A stretch of DNA of 61,322 nucleotides, filler included, from Piptocephalis cylindrospora (Eukaryota): assembly GCA_003614145.1 (NCBI GenBank). It is 6 parts of 6 records of this genome, joined end to end, with 100 filler letters (N's around TTAATTAATTAA, not from the genome) between each part and the next. Parts side by side here need not be neighbours in the genome. Positions count along the whole stretch, not along the records: positions 10,309 to 20,477 come from KZ988048.1; positions 20,578 to 30,721 come from KZ988049.1; 4 more parts are not named here. One strand, 5' to 3'. A program made the translations under genes and the position numbers. Numbering within the stretch: the first letter of the stretch is position 1; the number at the start of each line of letters is the position of its first letter. This document shows positions 13,301-26,024 of the stretch, piece after piece. The notes below the pieces were generated by a model that had not been told where the DNA came from, did no database searches, and saw only the letters and a program-made list of their open reading frames with translations.

Positions 13301-14709
13301 GGAGCTTTACGGAGATGCCAGCTTCTTCCGTGTACCAACGGAGAGGCTGGGCAAGGGGAAACATGGGCCATGGCGCCCCATCCTTCAAGCAGTTGTTCAT
13401 TATGATCGGGAAAAGTTGACGGAAGCCTTGAGTAAGATTTCCTCTTGAGAAGGGATGTGAGCGCTTCATTCATTGACAGCTTCATATGACATTCCTCTTA
13501 GGTCGATTGACGGCTTCCAGTACCAATATATTCACGTCGAGGGAAACGGAAGCACTTCAAAAGGCCCAGGCGGTCCATAGATTTGCTTATCTCATCTTGT
13601 GTGGCGAAAAGGATCAATACCTGCCCTTCCTTCCCGGACTTCAGGAGAAGATTGTAGAGTTACTCAAGACTCAAAGTCATTCCTTGGTGGTGTTACGCGA
13701 GGTAAGTGTCAAGGGGTTTTATGTTTTGAATGGAGTAGCGCGATAGGGGAGGATTAAGTAAGGCATAGACTTACATTCTTCCATCTTTCAGGTGTACCTT
13801 TGCCTTCGTGTCATCCTCTTCCGACACTCTTCCAAGTACCTCACCGGATTTTGGCCATTGATAATTACGGAGATGGTGAGTTCCGATGGCGGCGATGATC
13901 GTGAAGATGAAGACTGTAGGAGGGGAAATCCCAATAAGCCAACTGATTTCCTCATCACTGCTCTTTATTATGACTAATCCTTAGGTATCGTTTTTCACGG
14001 GAATGGCCGAGAAAACATCACCTTTATCCGAAAAGGATGAGCAAGTGCTTGTGGTGATTTGCAGGTTCTTGGACCTGATCATCACCCTTGCGCCCACAGA
14101 GTTCCAATTGTACGCATTATGTGTGATAAATATCTCTCTCTCTCTCTCTAATGACTCAACTCCTTCTTTTCTCTCTCCAAATACGTAGATTCCAATGGAT
14201 CTTTGTTCGAGAACTCAGTGAACGCAAGGATGGACCAGAAGGCAAGGGAGAGGATGGTGCGGTGGGATCCGGAGGGGGAAGTAGTGAAGAGGTAGGGGAG
14301 GGGGATGAAGGAGCTAGGAAGACGAGCATGACAGGGCTCAAGGGGAAGGTGGCTCCTGTGGATTCAGCAGCCTTCTTCTCTCCCACACTTGAAAGTCTTG
14401 GACGAAGACTTGGTGGGGCCCACTGGGATGCGCCGTTGCACATGGTAAGTTTAATCTGGTCATGCTCGGGTGGGTTAATAGATCTATGGTAGATACTCAC
14501 CGGCCATTAAACACCGATACTGGTAGTTGGACGTCCCAGGAGGCACGGAAAGTAAGCGACGGCCCACGCTGGAGGTGGGAACGAGTCCAGGACAGCTCGA
14601 GACCTTCTTCGCCACTCTTGGGGACAAGCTCCTATGGCAATCCTCCTCTCCGGTGGATGAGGTATATGTGGACGAGCAGCTAGAATTGGAGTTTTTCGAG
14701 TTGGAATAA
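10309..14709 (+). CDS. DOP1: Dopey/Dop1 protein, 5'-partial, multi-exon
   Basis: C-terminal Dopey motifs: WKREVWE..FF, NIFTSRETE...DQYLPFLPGLQEKIVELLK, YLCLRVILFR.S...FWPLIITEM, CRFLDLIITLAPTEFQL-FQWIF. Confidence 0.85.
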
Positions 14710-15084
14710 TTTTTGGATGCAGGTGAGGGAGAGTGAGGTACTAATAGGAACGACTGCGATTGATCAAGAATAACTGCAAAGGATGGGTGTGGTCATGAGA
14801 TGGTGCATGAGAAAGGATCAAGATGGAATGTATGGATCATAAATAGTATATCCCAATGGGGAAAATGCTCCCTTCCTTCCTATACGACAGGCTCCCGACG
14901 CCAAGAGGATAACGAGCCAAATTAAGTGAACGTGGACACTACAGACCCGTCAGGATTCCGAGCTACATGATGATGCTTACTTATCCAAAGTAATCCTGAT
15001 AACGAAGGTGGAATGAAGCTGCATGGCTGGGTTTGGAGGCAAAGACTAGGATGATTGGCTTTTCCTTTTTCCCATAGCGGAATA

Positions 15085-15722
15085 TGATGATGATAAACCG
15101 TTTTATTTTCCCCAGTGGGGTAGGCAGATGGGCATCCGAACACAGTGTCTGCTAATATAGCTGGCATGTGTGGTACCAGGAGCACTATGCTCCCGACGCG
15201 TACCCTATGTTAAAGAATAAATGGATGGATACTACAGAGCCCTGAAGCCTACCTTCACCCGAAGAAACGTTCTCCACCACAAGAGTCTCTGAGAGCAATC
15301 AGGGAAACTTGGGACACGATTAGGCATACCATCGTCCCTCCCAGGCAATGGCATACCCTTTCGCCTCCCGAGGTTGCCATCCTGCCTCTGATTCCCCTGC
15401 AGATCGTCGGTCCCAACGGGATCCAGTTGCTCCCCATCCCTCCGTGATCTCCATATCCTTCTAACACCCATTGCCCTCTCCCTCTCTACCTGACTCTTAC
15501 ATCGTCTCAGCCATACCCTCTCATAGATGCCCTTCATCATCATCGCATGCATCTCCCTAACCGCCGTCCCTGCCACTCTCGCCCTTGTCTTACTGCCTCT
15601 AATTCTCCATTCCCCATCTAGCATCTCTTCAGCCGCTTCCCTCCACCAGTCCGCTGGCCTTCCCTTCCACTCTCCTACATCTCTCCATGGGACACAAGCT
15701 CTTCTCACCGCTCTCAGCACCT
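15085..15722 (-). mobile_element. 5'-truncated non-LTR retrotransposon (LINE) insertion with 13-bp TSD
   Basis: Exact direct repeat CCATAGCGGAATA at 15072-15084 and 15723-15735. The minus-strand 3' end reads AATAAA...TTTATCATCATCA (microsatellite tail). The internal ORF 15232-15726 has a W-x-x-RC motif (YERVWLRRC) as at the C-terminus of L1/Tx1-type ORF2. Confidence 0.75.
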
Positions 15723-16343
15723 CCATAGCGGAATAGTGTATAAAGAGCTATTAATCGATCTGGGTAAATACGGAGTTAACGGGATAAATAAGATGAAGTA
15801 CGAGGCCCCCGAGGCAAAGCAAACGCAAACGATTGACATATGGCGGAGAAAGAGTCTATAGGAGCCGAGTGGTTCAGTCCAAACCATCCTTCCTCATTCT
15901 TTAGGAATATCTTATGTAAATTTCATTTGCATGAGAGGAAATCCATTTCTTTGCAAACTGTTCCAGCATCCCTCTTTGTCAGATAGAAGTCAACATAAGG
16001 AGCTGGTAGAGCCAGTCACGAGCAGTACTCCACCCCAACACTAATGTGACCCTGTTGGCGAGGATCACCGAGATAAAAGGTATAGCGGAGTTCTACTATG
16101 GACATGCTCTAGGAAGGTTGACATGGGCTGGTCATAGTAGGTATTGTAGGGCGGGAACCTACCCACTCCAGACAGACACATAAACACAACTCCGCACTCC
16201 TAGCCTCCAATGCTAGCCCCTCCTCCCTTCTTGACTTCTTCCTGCTCTCAACGTCTCCTCCTACACAATCCCCCGTTCCTTGACCCAGCAGGCCATTGTT
16301 AAACATTCTCAACATCACTGGACCAGGATCCTCAGGCTCATAT

Positions 16344-17552
16344 ATGGGAGAACTTAAGACATTTGACGCCTTGCGTAAGGGATGTATGTGTGTATATCCA
16401 GAGGGGGCTTGATACTCTCTAGTCCGACTTATCGACTTTGACCCTGTCAGGTGGAAAGCAGCTTCCAGGAGCGAAAGGGCCTTGGTGGCCTTGTAAGCGT
16501 TGGGGTGGTGGTGACTCTGTGTATCCTGTTGATCGGGGAACTCCGAGAGTATCTCTCACCGGCGATCCGGCACGACTTTCTGGTGGATCCTACGGTGGAT
16601 CATATGTTTCAACTGAATGTGGATATGACCATCAAGATGCCATGTTCCAGTGAGTTGTATAGGATGGGGTAGGATGAGGGTGCGGTTATTTATCACTCAC
16701 ACATCCTCGATAAATCAGGCCTTTCGATGGATGTAATGGATGTGACCGGGGATACTATTCACGTTCAGGATCAACTTCGGATGGAGACTAGACCATTTAC
16801 CACGGAGGGAGCCATTCACTTTCGGGATTTGAGCGGGTACACGTACAATGAGGATGTTCACAATTTGCTTCGTCAGGGTCAGCAAGTGAGGAAAGCCCCC
16901 TCGACTCCTGGATCTGGTATGGTCTACAAAGAGAGGATGGAATGGATGGATCGTCCTGTCACTCATCACCCCCTTTGTGGGATACGCAATCAAAATAGGA
17001 AATGGAGATGGATGTAGGGTCTATGGGTCGATGGATGTGGCCAAGATCCATGGAAATTTCCATGTAACGGCCAAGGGCCACGGGCATGGAGGAGAGCATG
17101 TGGCGCATGACTCGATTAACTTCTCGCATCGAATTGACAAGTTTTCCTTTGGACCAGATCACCCAGGAATCCACAATCCCCTGGACAATAGCGTGGAGGT
17201 GTCCAAGGTGACGTTTGAACGGTACAAGTACACGCTCTCCGTGGTACCGACAATTTTCACTGATGCGTACTCTGTCCTGCTGACGACGCAATACGCGGTG
17301 AGTGAGCATGACAAGGAGGTACCCCTCAAGGGAGGACAGCCCATGCAGCCTCCTGGGATCTTTTTTTCCTACACGATTGAACCCATCACTATTCGGGTAA
17401 GTGAGGACTCGGTACCCCTTTTCATGTTCCTCCTCCGGTCCTGTAGTATCATTGGAGGGATCTGGGTGACCGCAGGCCTTCTTTACCGAGCCGCCCTGGG
17501 CGCTCACGAGGCCTTGCATGGATCCACTGGGCAACGATATGGCCGGATATGA
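16344..17552 (+). CDS. ERV41: ER-Golgi vesicle protein Erv41/ERGIC2 family (multi-exon)
   Basis: LKTFDA, NVDMTIKMPC, GCRVYGSM...GNFHVTA, NFSHRIDKFSFG, PGIFFSY, C-terminal TM; the exact first splice junction is uncertain. Confidence 0.85.
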
Positions 17553-18431
17553 TGATGAGATCTGGGGAGGGGGGGGGGGTGAGAGGGTTGGTTCCTTCAT
17601 ATTGATTCATTGTTTGCTGCTGACGGAGAGCTTTTATTCTCTTGTATTGTGATACATTGCTTTCCATTGAAGGAGTGGAGAGAATGGATATATGCCACTG
17701 ATGGGGATAAGCAGTAAAACCAGTGGAGAGCCAAGGGGTAATTAAATGTCATTACAGTTTTAGGTTTGATACTGACATTGGAGAACCAAGGAATTTAAAT
17801 TCCAGCTCAGGAATGCAGATGAAAAAGGTTCGAATTTTGGATGAATCTTTGAGAGCACACATTTACTTTTTAACAGGGCTTGGCCCGCAAATTGATTGGG
17901 TTTGGTTTTAGGATCTGTGTACAGTCACGTACACATATACCTTCCACTATGGGGGAGAGACAGAGAGGCAAGGGTCTAGCTAGAGAACCTTTTCACCATC
18001 TCTCACCCACCACCTTATTCACAGTCTCTTCCTCACTCAGCATCTTTCATCTCTCTCATGCATACACAGCATAAGCAAGGAGATGTGACCAGATTTCTTC
18101 TCTCTCCAACCTCCCCCCCCCCTATCCCACGGCACCCCATACCACTCGTCAGGTCCGGGTCACAGATCAGTATTGGCCCAGTTGATGTAGCAGCAGCAGC
18201 GCATAATAACGCTGACACGAAAGATGCGAATCTCACACACGGCAAAGATCTTACATCTAAAAAGATGGAGGGGCAGATGAGGTCGCTTCCCCACTCCATT
18301 ATAAATACCATCTCCCCATATTCGACTGTGCACTCGCCCTGCCTCATCCTACCTTTACCTCAGCCTCCCTCCCCCCCCGTCTCCTTTCCGGTCATAAACC
18401 TTTTTTTATCGACTCCTCCCCTTCTCACACC

Positions 18432-19571
18432 ATGTCCCAACCCACTCATCTCTGGCTTCGTGAGGAAACCAAGCAGGCAGAACATAGGGCTGCCCTGTCC
18501 CCGGCCGTGTGCAAGACGCTCCTGGATAAGGGCTTCAAGATTACAGTGGAGAAATCAGCACAAAGAATCTTTGACGACGAGGAGTATTCGGCTGTAGGCT
18601 GCCCCCTGGTCGAGGGAGGATCGTGGAAGCAGGCACCCAAGGACGCATATATCCTGGGTCTCAAGGAGCTTCCCGAGGGTGAAACGGGTCCCTTGGAGCA
18701 CCGACACATCTTCTTTGCCCATTGCTTCAAGGGCCAGGCCGGGTGGAAGGAGTTGATCGGAAGATTTGAGGCAGGCAAGGGCAAGATCCTGGACCTGGAA
18801 TTCCTGAATGACGAGCGTGGCCGACGTGTCGCCGCCTTTGGCTACTATGCCGGTTTCACCGGGGCAGCCTTTGGCCTGGATGCCTGGGCCCGTCAGGTCC
18901 TTCGGGATCAGGAGGGCAAGGGTCCGACCCAGTACCCAGCCATCCGCCCCTTTAAGAATGAGGAGGCCCTGATTGCTCAGGTCAAGGAAAATGTTCAAAA
19001 GGCCATCCAGGCCCAGGGAGGATCTGGAACTCCCCCACGTATCCTCGTCATTGGGGCCCTTGGCCGGTGTGGATCCGGAGCAGTGGATTGTGCCCGCAAG
19101 GTGGGAATCCCGGATGAGCAGATCGTCCGATGGGACATGGCCGAAACATCCCGTGGGGGCCCATTTGTAGAGATTACGGAATCGGATGTATTTGTCAACT
19201 GCATCTACCTCACATCGTCCATCCCTCCATTTGTGACCCAGGAACTACTGGATGCACCGACGCGACGGATCCGATCGATTGTGGATGTGTCCTGCGACAC
19301 CACCAACCCCCACAATCCCATCCCCATCTACTCGGTCAACACGACCTTCCAGTCCCCCACGCTCCTTATCCCCTCCTCCAACCCCTTGTCCCTGGAATTG
19401 ATGAGCATTGACCATCTTCCCACTGCCCTGCCCCGGGAGGCCTCGGATGCCTTTTGCAAGGATCTCCTTCCTACGCTCCTTGAGCTGTCTGGCCCCTCTC
19501 CACTTCAGGATTCCCGTGTGTGGAAGGAGGCTCTTGAGTTGTATGAGAAGAAGGTGCAGGAGGCTGCCTGA
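18432..19571 (+). CDS. LYS1: Saccharopine dehydrogenase (NAD+, L-lysine-forming)
   Basis: LWLREETK..EHRAALSP, FAHCFKGQAGW, GRRVAAFG, GALGRCGSGA, DVSCDTTNPHNP, SIDHLP. Confidence 0.97.
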   Translation: MSQPTHLWLREETKQAEHRAALSPAVCKTLLDKGFKITVEKSAQRIFDDEEYSAVGCPLVEGGSWKQAPKDAYILGLKELPEGETGPLEHRHIFFAHCFKGQAGWKELIGRFEAGKGKILDLEFLNDERGRRVAAFGYYAGFTGAAFGLDAWARQVLRDQEGKGPTQYPAIRPFKNEEALIAQVKENVQKAIQAQGGSGTPPRILVIGALGRCGSGAVDCARKVGIPDEQIVRWDMAETSRGGPFVEITESDVFVNCIYLTSSIPPFVTQELLDAPTRRIRSIVDVSCDTTNPHNPIPIYSVNTTFQSPTLLIPSSNPLSLELMSIDHLPTALPREASDAFCKDLLPTLLELSGPSPLQDSRVWKEALELYEKKVQEAA

Positions 19572-20477
19572 GCGCGCGCGTGTGTGTTTGTGTGCGCTGG
19601 AGAGCAGAACAAAGGAAAGAGTAGACTATTTTCCATCATTGGCGAAAGCCTGATTCAACAAGACACGTCCCCCATTGTATCGGAGACAGGAAGGAAGGAG
19701 TAATCTACAAAAGCGGTTTGGCCATCCTCTCTCGGAACCATGACCTAGATAATGGCAATGACATTGTTAGGGGGGACGAGAAAGAGAGAGGAATCGCCCT
19801 TTCTGATCCTACCTGAAGAACCATCCTGCCCTCGGTATCCCTGGAAAGGGAGCAAGTGGTGGCTAGAATCAAGGCTTGAAGGGTCCTGGCAAGATGGCTT
19901 GTTCTATACCTGCGTGTCTGTGTGTCAGAGGGAATGCTTAAGACACGGATTCCCTTCTTCATCTCTCAGCCCTTACCGAAAGGTGGAGGGAACTGGACAG
20001 TGCAAAGACATGACCACATCCATATCCCTTTTACACTCTACCTATCCTCAGGGAAAAGTAGGGATGAGGGGATCCACGAATATTGCGTGCATAGTAACCA
20101 AAAAAGAATGATGCCTTACCATGACAGATCCATACGTCCCCTGAGAGGAAACGCGTAAAAAGGGATCATGACCCCTTCCCTCCCCATCCTGGATGGAGAT
20201 ACTTGTAATTTCCCCCTCCTCCACCATCTCCAGGATGGCCTCCATCAACCATCGCGCTTTCATCAGGACGCGTTGTTGCACCATGGACAGGAATCGGGTA
20301 TCTCCCTGGCCTTGACTTCCCCCATCTCCCTCTTGTACGGAGGGAGGAAGGGTGTCGAGTAATACAGTGGGGAGTCTACATGTATGAAAGGCCTTGGAGC
20401 CTCCGCCACATCGACCCCTGGGTATCGGCACAGGAAGAATGAATCAAAATAAAAAAACCTCTCCCCCCACCATGCAC

Positions 20478-20577
20478 NNNNNNNNNNNNNNNNNNNNNNN
20501 NNNNNNNNNNNNNNNNNNNNNTTAATTAATTAANNNNNNNNNNNNNNNNNNNNNNNNNNNNNNNNNNNNNNNNNNNN
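20478..20577. other. Artificial contig linker
   Basis: N/TTAATTAATTAA/N spacer. Confidence 0.98.
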
Positions 20578-20831
20578 GGGAAAGGTGGATGTGGAGGAGT
20601 TCCTGGAGGTGGTGGCCAAGCTTCGGGAGGGGTAGAGGCGAGGATAGGAAAGAGTAAAGAGGTGTGAGATCTCGTTCTTCCCCACGCACTCCCAATCCTT
20701 CCCCTCTAAATCATCTACCATCCTGGCTGAGCCAAGGCTTTCAGAACGGAGGCAAAGCCTCTCGCCCTCCTCTCTGACGGTGGTAATGATAGAGCGGTGT
20801 CTTGGGCGTGGAGCGGAGTAGTGGCGGTTGA
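20578..20831 (+). CDS. GPD2: 3' end of mitochondrial glycerol-3-phosphate dehydrogenase with C-terminal EF-hand (partial)
   Basis: The contig starts with the EF-hand exit helix GKVDVEEFLEVVAKLREG. A terminal exon after the AG at 20792 reads SGVLGVERSSGG*, matching the (I/V)PVERSGGG-type C-terminus of animal-like GPD2. Exon phasing was not fully resolved. Confidence 0.55.
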
Positions 20832-21323
20832 TGGTTGGTGGTTGCTATGGCAGATCCAGGCAATATTGCGCACCCTGCCTTTTCACAGACACAGAGAGAG
20901 GGACAAGAGTCGTATGGCGCACACATGCACCCTACTACACTACGCGTGTGCAACGATGGATCATCATTGGGCGGGTGGTAGGGAATAGATGAGCGAGGAT
21001 AGACAGGGTGCGCACACCTAAGAACAACGAGCTTACGCGTGGTCGGGGCATTTAGAATGTCCCTCTTTGCCTAGGAGTTTAGGCAGTCATATCTAGAAGT
21101 TTTGTATAGAGGATTTATGTTCGTGGCCTTCCTCAGATAATCTTCAGGTCTCCCCCGTTTGCGGAATGACAATAATGATGATACATCAAAATAATTTCTT
21201 TTTCCATCAAGGGACATTCGGGAACAAAAAAGCCAGGTTTTAGATAAAGTATCGCAGGGTCATCTTCTCGTCCCCACACCCTTCCAACTCCATCCCATCA
21301 TCCTTCCATGTGAAGGCAAGCCA

Positions 21324-21602
21324 TCAATCACGGACAAACTTGGTGTTTCCCAGAGCATCCGTGACCGCCCGGACCCCCTCATCCTCCTCATCGAGTCCCT
21401 CTCCTTCTTCTTCTTCTTCTTCTTCTTCATCACTGCTCTCATTCTCATCATCATCCGTACTCCTTTCCTCCTCATCATTATCGGATTCATCCTCCTCCCA
21501 GCCAGCATGGTTTGGATTTTCAAATAGCAAATCATCGTCGCTGTCTACTCCCATCAGAGAGAAGATGGGTTCGATCAGCCTCATTAGTCGTACTCCCTCC
21601 CT

Positions 21603-21638
<36 letters not shown>

Positions 21639-22760
21639 CGTACAAACGCCTTACTTTCAGTGTGAGCCTGGCCTTCCCTGTACTCTTCTTCAATCTTCTT
21701 CAGCCACGTCTCCTGAGCCTTCTTGACGTCCTCTGCATCCCCGCAAGCAGCATACCTCTCCAGTAATTCCCTGCTCCTCTCAACCCAGCGTGAGTACGCG
21801 GATACAGATGAGCTCACTTACATTTATCCATCTCTCCACTTACCGATTGACTTTACGAAAGGCCCCACCCCATTTGAAACAGCTCATGACCTTATCTGCC
21901 ACCTCAGGGAACCCTACATCGAGATAGGAAAATGATACGGGCGTCATCCAGCTGCATCCCTTCCTTATCCTATACCCATCCCAAAACCCCTACCAGTAAT
22001 GTAAAGGGTAGCAGCAAAGGCTTCAGCGCAATTTAATCTCCAAGGTTTCCCATAGTTGACAGGGTTGGTCGCTACCAGATAAGGCACTTCAGGAAAAGAA
22101 GGTTCAGTATGTGTACGGATATATATCACACTCTTGTGCAGAATTCCATACAAATCCGATCATGCCGAGAATGAAGTCGTCGAAAGGGAATCTCATCCAA
22201 TTTGGCCCAGGAGCACTCGATAACCCCAGCACCATTACTCTCAACAATTTCTCTGTCGGCCGGGGACACCACCATCGTTCCTCGAGGACTGATGAAGTGG
22301 GGGAGGGGGAGGAGGACAAGATTAGTCACCCATCCAAAACCATCTTATCAGTGCTCTCACTCGCACCTTAAGACAATGCCGCGACAAGCCTGGCCGACGC
22401 GTAAATTCCTGGCTAGCCCCAGTCTACGAAGCCTCTTTCCAGAGCACCGCTTCGGATCACAATGATCGAAATCCTAGATGGAAAGAGGGGTGAGTGGCCA
22501 AAGGAGGACATATCCATCCGACACGGTTTTTCCAGTTCACTTACCCACATGGCAAGGTCAATAGGAAGCTTCTCCCTTTCTTCTCCCTCATGATCCAGAT
22601 CTTCGGGTCTTTCTGCCGGGGGAGCACTAAGGGCCCTCGATGGATGAGACGAGGTGGATGGGGGGTCATGCATGCTCTTTGAGCCAGGATGCACTCACCT
22701 ATCCCAGTGCTTTCGGGATCCTCCACCTTGTCCACGATGGCTTGTTTGTTTTCTTGGCAT
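21324..22760 (-). CDS. TSR3: 18S rRNA aminocarboxypropyltransferase Tsr3 (multi-exon)
   Basis: [20 protein letters not shown]...[28 protein letters not shown], acidic tail. Confidence 0.93.
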
Positions 22761-23356
22761 AGTATGACTAAGAAAGGTGAGGTGAGATGGTTCGTGTATG
22801 TGCTGACGGAAAAGAGTATGAGCACAAGGAAGGGGAAAAAAAAGAAAGAACAACCCCACAACTCGCCTCACTTGAATATTAGATGGTGTCTCCACAGCCC
22901 AGATGCGAAATGGAGATCTGGCGGGCTTGGGCAAAGTCGTGCATGTGGGTCCAGACCAGGCTCAATGTCCTAGGTCACTCTACTGAATTGAACCAAGAGC
23001 CTTATATCGTGCTCATTCTAAGAATACTTTATTCATATTATTGGGAAATCAGGCACCTTCAGGGATGAAATGAGCACGTCCCACTGCCAATCACACAACA
23101 AATCAAATTGTGTCCCCTAACCTGCAAGTGTAGAGCACACACGGAATGTATTGAAGCGCGTACCCTTTCATCTCCTACTTCAAAATACCAGGGACGCGCC
23201 CTTATCCCATCACGTCCATGCACAAGACTGTATACGAGACCACTCAATCAAAACATATATAAAAAGCAGAAAGCCACGCCCTCGTCTCCCTCTCTCCCCT
23301 CCTTCCCTTCCCTCCCTCCCCTCCTCTCTCTACAGCCCCATCATCCCATCCCACTT

Positions 23357-26024
23357 TTACGACTCGTTACACACCGTCACTGCCGCTCCAATATCTGCTA
23401 CCCATTGCCGCCTTTCCATATCCGAGTCAGCGGAAAGGACAAGACTCATCTTTCCACTGGCCAGCCTGAAGGAATTGGCCCTTGAGCCCGAGTCGGCCAG
23501 AATGGAATACCCCAGTCCCTTGAGAGGCACCTTTCCCTGATGAAGCGACGAGATGTAAGGTAAGTAGGCGTAGAGACATAGCGAAATAAAGAAAAACTTA
23601 CCCCATAGACCCAGGCATCTGCAGGCGGAGGACCAGGCTTGCCCCAGAGGAAGAGATCGTCAAAGAGGACACATAATCTGGGCTCACCTGCCTCATACAT
23701 GGTGCCGATCTTGAGAAAGCGTCGACTTGGATCAGCTAAAGGATGTGGAAGACCAAAGATGGACCTTTGGATCTCCACAATGTGTGCCTGATTCTCTGCC
23801 TCTTCAATACTAAAGAGAAGCGGGAGGGGTAAGATCAAGGCAGGGTCAAAGCAAGAAGCTTTCAAACTTACGCGAATTGAGCCAAGAGAGCTTCGCCCCT
23901 AAAGTCCCGACCAAGAAGGATGCAATCGGCCCTGTCCGTGTATTCCTTATCCAGAGCATTCTCGATAAGACCCTCAACAAAGGCCCTATACTTGGGAAGG
24001 CGCTTGATGGGGAGATCCAAGTACTCAAGGATCCTCTCATCCTCTTCCCTCTCGCACATATCTAGCATGTTCCGGAAGGGTGTGTTGGATCGGGCCAGGG
24101 TCTCCAAGGCGTTAAGGGCTGCGGGCAAGCCCCGAGCATACGCGGTAAGAAGCTTGAGGGCGGGGATGAGGGAAAAGATAATAGGACTCAACGGGGTTTC
24201 CGGGCCCATGTCCGCTAGGGTGGTCTCCATACGACGTTGGACACGCTTATGGCAATTGAGGATTCCTTCAATATTCCCAAAGATCACATCTACCTGATCC
24301 TGCGTGTATCCCTGCTTTCCAGACCCGACATTGAAACGAGCAAATACCGGGGAGGCCAGGGACCGACGACGAGTACGGGAGGGCAGGGCATTCTTCCGTA
24401 GGGAGTAGACAAAAACCTCGGCGAGCCTCCGGAGGCTTCGGACAAAGGTCTTTTCGGTTTGCACAAGGTCTCGGAGCAATTGTCGCCTCTTGGACCTCTG
24501 CACACCATCCTCCTCAATGTCCGCGGCCGAAGGTTGACCAGGCATGGTGATAGCCGGACCTCGAGCCGGGGAGGCGGAGGGGGAAGTGGTGGAGTGGAGG
24601 GAGGAGGTGGAGGAAGTAGTGGAAGTTGAGGGGGAGGAAGAGGCGGTGGTGGGGGAGGAGGTGGAGGGGGAAAGGGATAGGCCCGCGGTCTTGACCTTGA
24701 CCCTGGGTGCCCCACCCACTTTCTTGGCCCCAGAGGATGCCCCGGCCATGGGGAAGGAGGAGTTGCGTACGGGGTGAGCAGGAGGAGCATGAGAGGGGGG
24801 TGGGGGAGGAGGATGGGAAGGGGGAGGAGGCGGAGGTGGAGGCGGACTACTCAGAGGCAAAGAGGAGGAAAAGGGGGCAGAGGAGGAGGAAGAGGATCGG
24901 ATGGTCCGGGGCTTGTGAAAAGGCACTGGGGATGTTGTGACACTTTCAGTTCCCCCACCACTCCTAATCGATCCAGAAACTGCCCTTTTCTGTGAGCTCT
25001 CCTCTCCTTCGCCCCCTTCCTCCTCCCTTTCTTCATCCCCTTCCTCTTCATCTTCGGATAGGGTCTGAGACAATCGAGTCCTGGCCCCCGAAGACACGGG
25101 ACGAAGGACAGTGGGGGCCGTATGAGCTCGGCCACGTCGAGGGATGGGGAAGCCCTCCTCGCTCAGCACATCATCCTCTTCCTCCCCATCCTCTTGTCTA
25201 GATGATGATGATAAGGAAGATTCATCCCCCCTATCTGCCCCGGTAGAGCCATTTTCGTTATTCGCATGAGTACCCTGGCCACTTTCCTTGTCAGACGCCT
25301 TCACATTGTCCTCTGGGAGATACTGATCGTAAATGTCTAAAATATCGGCATAAGTGGGGGTCCGATGATGCTGGGGCAAAAAGGGAGCCTGACGCGGATG
25401 GGAGGCGCCAGGATCGGGTAAAGATTCTGCCCGGTGTTTCAGGGCCAGACCGGATCGACTCGTGGTGGAAGGAGCGGGGTCATCTGAGGTGGAGCGCTGG
25501 GCAATGCGGGTACCAGCGTAATGGGAGCCAGCGATACTCTTTTCGTCAGGTTTGAACTTTCGCGAGTGGATGGAGGAGATGGAGGAGGATCTGGAATGAG
25601 AGGAGGCTTCAGAGGGTCTGGGCAGGGTACGTCCAGCGACCACAGGGGGTGGAGGGAAGGAGGGAGGAGGGGGAGGTGGGAAATCCGGGGCCGGAGAGGG
25701 AGGGGGAAGAGGGAACCCCGAGGGTCGAGGAGGGGAAGAGGCCATCATCGTGATGCTGGAGGGAAGGGAATTGGAGTGTTGAGCGGACCGTGGGTACGGC
25801 ACCATGGGAGGAGAAGAGGAGATAGGGGAGGAGGGGGAGGAGGAGGAAGAGCCCGAAGTGGGACTTTGAGAGCCGGGCCTCGGGGGGGAAATAGAGGGAG
25901 CCGGGGGGAGAGGGGGCAGGCTGGAGGGCAAGGAGGCCGGGGGTCTTCGAGGGCCCTGGGGCAATCGATTGACCTTGATCGGGGACCTTTCGGGAGGAGA
26001 TCCCGGGGGTACTGTAGAGGACAT
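23357..26024 (-). CDS. RhoGEF (DH-PH) with long Pro/Ser-rich N-terminus
   Basis: DH motifs RRQLLRDLVQTEKTFV, IFGNIEGI..H, YLDLPIKRLPKY; PH exons RRFLKIG...LFDDLFLW...ERRQWVADI. Confidence 0.85.

Noticed and set aside
14891..15199. 11-bp direct repeat GCTCCCGACGC as a TSD
   Set aside because: One copy lies inside and one outside the LINE defined by the better 13-bp TSD plus tail; likely coincidental.
16375..16450. Apparent frameshift or non-canonical first intron in ERV41
   Set aside because: A canonical in-frame GT donor at 16392 with the acceptor at 16450 exists.
19650..20290. Possible spliced minus-strand gene with faint Spo11 N-terminal resemblance
   Set aside because: No RDxYY catalytic motif or TOPRIM domain follows; the product cannot be supported.
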